Positions 58,333 through 64,000 of a stretch of 64,000 nt of DNA are shown one piece after another; positions within the stretch are counted from its first letter, which is position 1; every line of letters begins with the position of its first letter. The notes beneath the pieces were generated by a model. It was not told the origin of the DNA. It did no database searches and saw only the letters and a program-made list of their open reading frames with translations. The stretch is from NCBI GenBank assembly GCA_016868105.1, contig VGIA01000001.1, positions 666-64,665 on the forward strand, read 5' to 3'. The DNA comes from Betaproteobacteria bacterium (lineage in GTDB: Bacteria > Pseudomonadota > Gammaproteobacteria > Burkholderiales > SG8-39). The translations under genes and the position numbers were made by a program.

Positions 58333-58878
58333 ATGCCCATCTACTCGCTCGGGGAACGCCGCGTCGAATTCCGCGGCGACCATCACTACATCGCCCCCGA
58401 TGCCACCCTCGCCGGCTCCATCGTGCTGGAGGACGAGGTCAGCGTCTGGTTCGGGGTCATGATCCGGGCCGACAACGACCACATCCACATCGGCGCGCAA
58501 ACCAACATCCAGGACGGCTCGGTGCTGCACGTCGACCCGGGCTTCCCGATGAGGCTCGGTCGCGGCGTCACCATCGGCCACAAGGTGATGCTGCACGGCT
58601 GCAGCGTCGGCGACGGCGCGCTGGTGGGCATCAACAGCGTGGTGATGAACGGCGCCAGAATCGGCGCCGGCAGCCTGATCGGCGCCAACTCCCTCATCGC
58701 CGAGGGCAAGGAAATCCCGCCCGGGGTGCTGGTGATGGGCTCGCCGGGCAAGGTGGTGCGCGAGTTGAGCGCACAGGAGAAGGAGCGCCTGCCGCTGATC
58801 GCGGCAGGCTATGTGGCGCGCTCGCGCCAGTTCCGGGCGGAACTGAGGCAGCAGCTGCTGCCGCCCTCGGCGCGCTGA
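58333..58878 (+). CDS. gamma carbonic anhydrase family (YrdA/PaaY-like hexapeptide) protein
   Basis: WFGVMIRADNDHIHIGAQTNIQDGSVLHVDPGFPMRLGRGVTIGHKVMLHGCSVGDGALVG; 181 aa. Confidence 0.88.
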   Translation: MPIYSLGERRVEFRGDHHYIAPDATLAGSIVLEDEVSVWFGVMIRADNDHIHIGAQTNIQDGSVLHVDPGFPMRLGRGVTIGHKVMLHGCSVGDGALVGINSVVMNGARIGAGSLIGANSLIAEGKEIPPGVLVMGSPGKVVRELSAQEKERLPLIAAGYVARSRQFRAELRQQLLPPSAR

Positions 58879-58879
58879 G

Positions 58880-59641
58880 CTATTTGGGCGCCATCCGGAT
58901 GGCGCCATCCAGGCGGATGGTCTCGCCGTTCAGCATCTCGTTCTCGACGATCTGGCGCGCCAGCTGCGCGTACTCGGGCGCGCGCCCGAGACGCGGCGGG
59001 AACGGGACCATTCTGCCCAGGGACTCGCGCACTTCCTGCGGCATGCCCATCAGCATCGGGGTCTCGAAGATGCCCGGGGCGATGGTGCAGACGCGGATGC
59101 CGTTACGCGACAGGTCGCGCGCGATCGGCAGGGTCATGCCGACGATGCCGCCCTTGGAGGCCGAGTACGCTGCCTGCCCGATCTGGCCGTCATAGGCCGC
59201 GACCGAGGCGGTGTTGATGATCACGCCGCGCTCCCCGGCGGCGTTCGGGCCGGCGTTGGCCATGGCGAAGGCCGCCAGCCGGATCATGTTGAAGCTGCCG
59301 ATCAGGTTGATGCCGATCAGCCTGCTGAAGTGCGCCAGGCTGTGCGGGCCGTCCTTGCCGATGGTGCGCTCGGCGCTGCCGATGCCGGCGCAGTTGACCA
59401 GCACGTGCAGGCCGCCGAAGGCCTGCGCCGCCGCGTCCACCGCGGCCTTGGCATCGGCTTCGGAGGTGACGTCGCATTTCACGAAGCGCCCGCCCAGTTC
59501 CTTCGCCAGCTTCTCGCCCGCCTCGAGCTGCAGGTCGGCGATCAGCACCTTAGCACCGCTCTCGGCCGCCATGCGCGCCGTCGCCGCGCCCAGGCCCGAG
59601 GCGCCGCCGGTGATGAGGAACACGCTGTTCTTGATCTGCAT
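58880..59641 (-). CDS. short-chain dehydrogenase, 3-hydroxyacyl-CoA dehydrogenase type II-like
   Basis: [15 protein letters not shown] (TGxxxGxG)...[23 protein letters not shown] (YxxxK)...APGIFETPM; 253 aa. Confidence 0.88.
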   Translation of the reverse strand: MQIKNSVFLITGGASGLGAATARMAAESGAKVLIADLQLEAGEKLAKELGGRFVKCDVTSEADAKAAVDAAAQAFGGLHVLVNCAGIGSAERTIGKDGPHSLAHFSRLIGINLIGSFNMIRLAAFAMANAGPNAAGERGVIINTASVAAYDGQIGQAAYSASKGGIVGMTLPIARDLSRNGIRVCTIAPGIFETPMLMGMPQEVRESLGRMVPFPPRLGRAPEYAQLARQIVENEMLNGETIRLDGAIRMAPK

Positions 59642-59693
59642 CGCAACTCCCGCTCGAGAGGAACGCGGATGCTAAAGCGTTCCGGGGGGCATA

Positions 59694-59722
59694 TCAACAT
59701 GCGGTCGCGCCCTCCGTATAAT
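59694..59722 (+). promoter_or_regulatory. candidate sigma70 promoter for the large oxidoreductase gene
   Basis: TCAACA-N17-TATAAT (perfect -10 at 59717..59722). It overlaps the first ATG of the track ORF (59721), which argues for the downstream ATG 59748 as the start. Confidence 0.4.
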
Positions 59723-59747
59723 GGTTGGAACCCCAAACAAAACCGCC

Positions 59748-62700
59748 ATGAGCCTTTCTTTCGACACCGCACCGGAGGACCTGTACACGCGCGAAGGCCT
59801 CGCTCGCCTTGATGCACGCTTCCTGGGTTTTGTTGGCGAGTCGGATGCCACGCTGCGCGGCCGGCTGGAGGCGGCCCGGAACGATCCGGCCGCGCTGGCC
59901 GCGAAAGCGCAATCCGAGTTGATCATCGCGCTTGCCCCGCACCTGGAGGATTTCCTCGCCCGGCTGTTCGGCATCCTTCCCGAGGCGCAAGCGCTGGCCG
60001 CGCGCCACCATGAGCTCGCCCCGCTTTATTCGGTCAAGCGGCTATTCGTGCAGCGGCGCGCGCTGCACAAGGTGAAGCCGGAAGACCTCTCGCCAGAGGG
60101 CTTTGCCTTCACCACCGAGCTGGATTTCGCCAACCGCGTCACCGCGTGGCTGGCGGAGGAGGCGGCGAACGCCGCACAGCTGGAAGGCGCGGCGCGCTAC
60201 GCGGCCTGGGCGGTGTCGACGCCCGAGGGCAAGGCGAAGCACCGCACCGGGGTCCTGTTCAAGACCCCGGCCAAGCTGGATTTCATGCGCCTGGTGCCGG
60301 TCCACACCGACGGCACTGGCGGCTACGCGCGGCACAGCCTGGCGCACCTGCGCCAGCGCGACGGCTTCGCGCTCACCGATCCGGGCACCGACCTCGCCGG
60401 CGCGCTGGACCAGGCCAATTACTGCATCTGGTGCCACGAGCAGGGAAAGGATTCCTGCTCGAAAGGACTGAAGGACAAGGCACCTTCGAGGGAATTCAGA
60501 AAGACCGTGTTCAGGGTCACCCTCGCCGGCTGCCCGCTGGAGGAGAAGATCTCCGAGTTCCACCTGGTGAAGAGCCGCGGCCAGCCGCTGGCAGCGCTGG
60601 CCATCATCTGCGTCGACAACCCGATGGTGGCGGCCACCGGCCACCGCATCTGCAACGACTGCATGAAAGCCTGTATCTACCAGAAGCAGGCGCCGGTGGA
60701 CATCCCGCAGGCCGAGACCCGCACGCTGAAGGACGTGCTGGAGCTGCCCTGGGGTTTCGAGATCTACTCGCTGCTCACGCGCTGGAACCCGCTCAACCTG
60801 CACCGCCCCCTGCCCCGGCCTGACAGCGGCCGCAAGGTCCTGGTGGTGGGCCTGGGTCCGGCCGGCTTCACGCTGGCCCACCACCTGATGAACGACGGCC
60901 ACAGCGTGGTCGCCATCGACGGCCTCAAGATCGAGCCCCTGCCCGCGGCGCTGGTGCAGGGCGCCGGGCTGCTGCGCGATGCCGCGGGCCTGCAGGAGCC
61001 GCTGCAGGACCGCGTCATGGCGGGGTTCGGCGGCGTGGCCGAGTATGGCATCACCGTGCGCTGGGACAAGAACTTCCTCAAGCTGATCCGGTTGCTGCTG
61101 GAGCGGCGGCGGGAATTCTCGATGTTCGGCGGCGTGCGCTTCGGCGGCACGCTGACCCTTGAGGACGCCTGGGACCTGGGCTTCGACCATGTGGCGCTGT
61201 GCATCGGTGCGGGCAAGCCCACGATGCTCGACATCCCCAACGGCCTTGCCCGCGGCGTGCGCGCCGCGTCCGATTTTCTCATGGCGCTGCAGCTGACCGG
61301 CGCGGCCAAGGCCGATGCCATCGCCAACATGCAGCTGCGCCTGCCGGTGGTCGTGGTGGGCGGCGGACTGACCGCCATCGACACCGCGACCGAGTCCCTC
61401 GCCTACTACACCTTGCAGGTGGGGAAATTCCTCGACCGCTATGAGGCGCTCGCCGCGCAGTCGGGCGAGGACAAGGTGCGCGAGCACTGGGACGACCAGG
61501 AGCGCGAGATCGCCGAGGAATACCTCGCCCATGCGCGCGCCCTGCGCCAGGCGCCACCGCAGGACCGCATCCGCCTGCTGCAGAAATGGGGCGGGGTCAC
61601 CATCGCCTACCGCCGGCGACTGGTCGACAGCCCCTCCTACACCCTGAACCACGAGGAAGTGGAGAAGGCGCTGGAGGAAGGCATCTGGTTCGCCGAGGGA
61701 TTGACGCCGGTCGCGGTGGACGTGGACAACTACGGCGCGGTGCGCGGCATGCGGCTCCAGTCGGCCGACGGCAAGCAACACTGGCTGCCCGCCCACACCG
61801 TCTTTGTCGCCGCCGGGACACAGCCCAATACCGTGCTCGCCCGCGAAGACGCCGGCCACTTCCGCCTCGAGGGCAAGTATTTCGCCGCCTGCGACGAGGA
61901 AGGCCGGCCGGTGAAGCCACAGCCCTCGGCCTCGAAGCCGGAGACGGCGAACGTGCTGCTGGCGCGCGCGGCCGACGGGCGCTTCGTCAGCTACTTCGGC
62001 GACGTGCACCCGTCGTACTTTGGCAACGTCGTCAAGGCCATGGGCTCGGCCAAGCAGGGCTACCCCGTGGTGTCGGGCGTGCTGGGCAGGCGCGCGCCGG
62101 CCTCCGGGCAATCGCGCCAGGCTTTTGTCGATGGCCTGAAGGACAAGCTGCTCGCACGCGTCGAGCGCGTGGAGCGTCTCACCCCCAGCATCGTTGAAGT
62201 CGTGGTGCGCGCGCCGCTGGCGGCGCAGAAGTTCCGGCCGGGCCAGTTCTATCGCCTGCAGAACTTCGAGACCCTGGCGCCGGTGGCCAGGGGCACCCGC
62301 CTGCAGATGGAAAGCCTGGCCCTCACCGGCGCCTGGGTGGATCGCGACCGGGGCCTGGTGTCGACGATCGTGCTGGAGATGGGCGGCTCCTCCGACCTGT
62401 GCGCCCTGCTCAGGCCGGGCGAGCCGGTGATCCTGATGGGCCCGACCGGCTCGCCGACCGAGATTGCGGGCGGCGAGACGGTGGTCCTGTGCGGCGGCGG
62501 CCTGGGCAATGCGGTGCTGTTCTCCATCGGGCAGGCGTTCCGCGCCGCCGGCTCGAGGGTGCTGTATTTCGCCGGCTACAAGAAGGTGATCGACCGCTAC
62601 AAGGTCGCGCAGATCGAGAACGCCGCCGACGTCGTGGTCTGGTGCTGCGACGAGCAGCCGGGCTTCCAGCCGCGCCGGCCGCAGGATCGCGCCTTCGTCG

Positions 62701-63128
62701 GCAACATCGTGCAGGCAATGGAGTGGTACGCCAGCGGCCGGCTCGGCGAGCAGGCGCTCGCCATGCGCGAGGCGGACCGCCTCATCACCATCGGCTCGGA
62801 CCGGATGATGGCGGCGGTAGCACGGGCCCGCCACGACGTGCTCAAGGCGCACCTGAAGGCGGGGCACTTCGCTATCGGCTCCATCAACTCCCCGATGCAA
62901 TGCATGATGAAGGAAATCTGCGCGCAGTGCCTGCAGCCGCACCGCGACCCGGCCACCGGCCAGACCAGCTACGTGTTCTCGTGCTTCAACCAGGACCAGG
63001 ACCTGGACCGGGTGGACTTCAAGGCCCTCAACGAGCGCCTGAAGCAGAACTCGCTCGCCGAGAAGCTGAGCGCCGGCTGGCTGAAGCATTGCCTCCCGGC
63101 GCTGGGCAAGGCGAGGGGCCCGGTGTAG
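59748..63128 (+). CDS. large fused iron-sulfur flavoprotein: unassigned N-terminal domain + GltD/NfnB/SudA-like module + PyrK/NfnA/SudB-like module
   Basis: Cys clusters YCIWCHEQGKDSC...GCPLEEKISE...GHRICNDCMKACIY follow the GltD small-subunit pattern. Rossmann motifs: KVLVVGLGPAGFTLAH and LPVVVVGGGLTAID. The C-terminal third has RPGQFYRL, VVLCGGGLGNAVL and the 2Fe-2S-type motif CMMKEICAQC...SC, as in PyrK. 1126 aa from ATG 59748. Confidence 0.85.
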   Translation: MSLSFDTAPEDLYTREGLARLDARFLGFVGESDATLRGRLEAARNDPAALAAKAQSELIIALAPHLEDFLARLFGILPEAQALAARHHELAPLYSVKRLFVQRRALHKVKPEDLSPEGFAFTTELDFANRVTAWLAEEAANAAQLEGAARYAAWAVSTPEGKAKHRTGVLFKTPAKLDFMRLVPVHTDGTGGYARHSLAHLRQRDGFALTDPGTDLAGALDQANYCIWCHEQGKDSCSKGLKDKAPSREFRKTVFRVTLAGCPLEEKISEFHLVKSRGQPLAALAIICVDNPMVAATGHRICNDCMKACIYQKQAPVDIPQAETRTLKDVLELPWGFEIYSLLTRWNPLNLHRPLPRPDSGRKVLVVGLGPAGFTLAHHLMNDGHSVVAIDGLKIEPLPAALVQGAGLLRDAAGLQEPLQDRVMAGFGGVAEYGITVRWDKNFLKLIRLLLERRREFSMFGGVRFGGTLTLEDAWDLGFDHVALCIGAGKPTMLDIPNGLARGVRAASDFLMALQLTGAAKADAIANMQLRLPVVVVGGGLTAIDTATESLAYYTLQVGKFLDRYEALAAQSGEDKVREHWDDQEREIAEEYLAHARALRQAPPQDRIRLLQKWGGVTIAYRRRLVDSPSYTLNHEEVEKALEEGIWFAEGLTPVAVDVDNYGAVRGMRLQSADGKQHWLPAHTVFVAAGTQPNTVLAREDAGHFRLEGKYFAACDEEGRPVKPQPSASKPETANVLLARAADGRFVSYFGDVHPSYFGNVVKAMGSAKQGYPVVSGVLGRRAPASGQSRQAFVDGLKDKLLARVERVERLTPSIVEVVVRAPLAAQKFRPGQFYRLQNFETLAPVARGTRLQMESLALTGAWVDRDRGLVSTIVLEMGGSSDLCALLRPGEPVILMGPTGSPTEIAGGETVVLCGGGLGNAVLFSIGQAFRAAGSRVLYFAGYKKVIDRYKVAQIENAADVVVWCCDEQPGFQPRRPQDRAFVGNIVQAMEWYASGRLGEQALAMREADRLITIGSDRMMAAVARARHDVLKAHLKAGHFAIGSINSPMQCMMKEICAQCLQPHRDPATGQTSYVFSCFNQDQDLDRVDFKALNERLKQNSLAEKLSAGWLKHCLPALGKARGPV

Positions 63129-63154
63129 CCGATCCGGTTACATCGCGGCGGTAC

Positions 63155-63182
63155 TTGACAAGCTATACAAAGATTATATAAT
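63155..63182 (+). promoter_or_regulatory. near-consensus sigma70 promoter
   Basis: TTGACA-N16-TATAAT (both hexamers perfect) in a short AT-rich island. The -10 ends 9 nt before ATG 63191. Confidence 0.55.
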
Positions 63183-63191
63183 GTTTGTATA
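63164..63191. promoter_or_regulatory. inverted repeat spanning the -10 element (candidate operator)
   Basis: TATACAAA-N12-TTTGTATA: perfect 8-bp arms at 63164-63171 and 63184-63191, bracketing the TATAAT box. Confidence 0.35.
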
Positions 63192-63394
63192 TGTCCAAGG
63201 TCAAGTCCAGAATCAGCACCTTCTCCGCCACGCCGCGGGACCTGGACATGCTCGACGTGGTGGCCCGCTACCACGGCACCAACAAGAGCGCAACCATCGT
63301 CAGCCTGGTGCGCCGGGAGTTCTGGCGCGCCTTCCCGGGCGGGACCGACAAGATCCGGCCCGATCGCGGCGCCAAGGTGGAGGACGGCAAATGA
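63191..63394 (+). CDS. small hypothetical protein, ribbon-helix-helix-like
   Basis: 67 aa: MSKVKSRISTFSATPRDLDMLDVVARYHGTNKSATIVSLVRREFWRAF... Third codon positions are almost all G/C, i.e. genuine coding bias. No SD precedes the ATG. Its stop overlaps the next gene's ATG (ATGA). The fold assignment comes from the sequence pattern only. Confidence 0.5.
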   Translation: MSKVKSRISTFSATPRDLDMLDVVARYHGTNKSATIVSLVRREFWRAFPGGTDKIRPDRGAKVEDGK

Positions 63395-64000
63395 GATCCC
63401 TGCTGCTGCTCGCCCTGCTCACCGCATCGAGCGCGTTCGCCCAGCCGATCCGCATCGGCGAGCTGAACAGCTACAAGGTGTTCCCCGCGTTCCTGGAGCC
63501 CTACAAGAAGGGCATGGAGCTCGCGGTGGAGGAGATCAACGCCGCCGGCGGCGTCCTGGGCCGCAGGCTCGAACTGGTGACGCGCGACGACGGCGGCACC
63601 CCGGGCGACGCGGTGCGCGTCGCCGAGGAGTTGATCACGCGCGAGAAGGCGCACCTGCTCATGGGCACCTTCGCCTCCCACGTCGGCCTCGCGGTCGCGA
63701 ACCTCGCCAACCAGCGCAAGGTGCTGTTCGTCGCCTCCGAACCCCTCACCGACAAAATAGTGTGGGAGAACGGCAACCGCTACACCTTCCGCCTGCGCCC
63801 TTCCACCTACATGCAGACCGCGATGCTGATCCCGGAAGCGGCGAAGCTGAAGAAGAAGCGCTGGGCCATCGTCTATCCGAACTACGAGTACGGCCAATCG
63901 GCGACGGCCTCCTTCAAGCGGCTGCTGAAGCAGGCGCAGCCGGAGGTCGAGTTCGTTGCCGAACAGGCGCCGCCGCTGGGCAAGATCGACGCCGGCGCCG
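63391..64000 (+). CDS. ABC transporter substrate-binding protein, LivK/branched-chain amino acid (PBP1) family; 3' end beyond the window
   Basis: Absent from the track because there is no stop in the window. My translation: MRSLLLLALLTASSAFAQPIRIGELNSYKVFPAFLEPYKKGMELAVEEINAAGGVLGRRLELVTRDDGGTPGDAVRVAEELI...LMGTFASHVGLAV... GGAGG lies 7 nt upstream. Confidence 0.88.
   Translation, partial: MRSLLLLALLTASSAFAQPIRIGELNSYKVFPAFLEPYKKGMELAVEEINAAGGVLGRRLELVTRDDGGTPGDAVRVAEELITREKAHLLMGTFASHVGLAVANLANQRKVLFVASEPLTDKIVWENGNRYTFRLRPSTYMQTAMLIPEAAKLKKKRWAIVYPNYEYGQSATASFKRLLKQAQPEVEFVAEQAPPLGKIDAGA

Overview
This is a high-GC chromosomal core region with betaproteobacterial-type synteny. It is almost fully coding and dominated by housekeeping operons. 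Left to right: a PrpD/MmgE-like gene (partial), a PEBP-family gene, a nitroreductase, guaA-guaB, rnfH-ratA / smpB, ppsA / ppsR and a TrmH-family methyltransferase. Next comes a divergent EgtB-like / glycosyltransferase pair that I read as selenoneine genes senA/senB. Then follows the long envelope cluster rnhB-lpxB-lpxA-fabZ-lpxD-skp-bamA-rseP-dxr-cdsA-(uppS remnant)-frr-pyrH-tsf-rpsB. After that come map-glnD, def-mtnP-hpt-galU-ligA-zipA-smc, queF, (dapC remnant)-dapD-(IS5-family remnant)-dapE-prmB and a tRNA-Pro/Arg/His operon. The right part holds dksA, pnp-rpsO-truB-rbfA-infB-nusA-rimP, rluB-scpB-scpA-trpS-M50 protease-hydrolase, a gamma-carbonic-anhydrase-like gene, an SDR, a 1126-aa fused iron-sulfur flavoprotein, and a small RHH-like ORF coupled to a LivK-type binding protein (partial). 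I found no CRISPR array, prophage, integrase, defence island or obvious multi-gene novel system, so most of the window is ordinary. Seven things deserve a second look. (1) Conserved genes are reduced to short remnants: uppS, dapC and an amidohydrolase stub. (2) An IS5-like remnant abuts a dapE that has no canonical start codon. (3) A 72-bp in-frame patch of about 27% GC sits inside ppsA. (4) The senA/senB pair has no senC nearby. (5) A GltD-like and a PyrK-like module are fused into one oxidoreductase with an unassigned N-terminal domain. (6) An AT-rich consensus promoter with a palindrome drives an apparently leaderless small ORF. (7) Several divergent gene pairs are separated by only 20-32 bp. 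All calls come from reading the translations and DNA by eye; no database search was run. The many long ORFs antisense to known genes in the track are high-GC artefacts.
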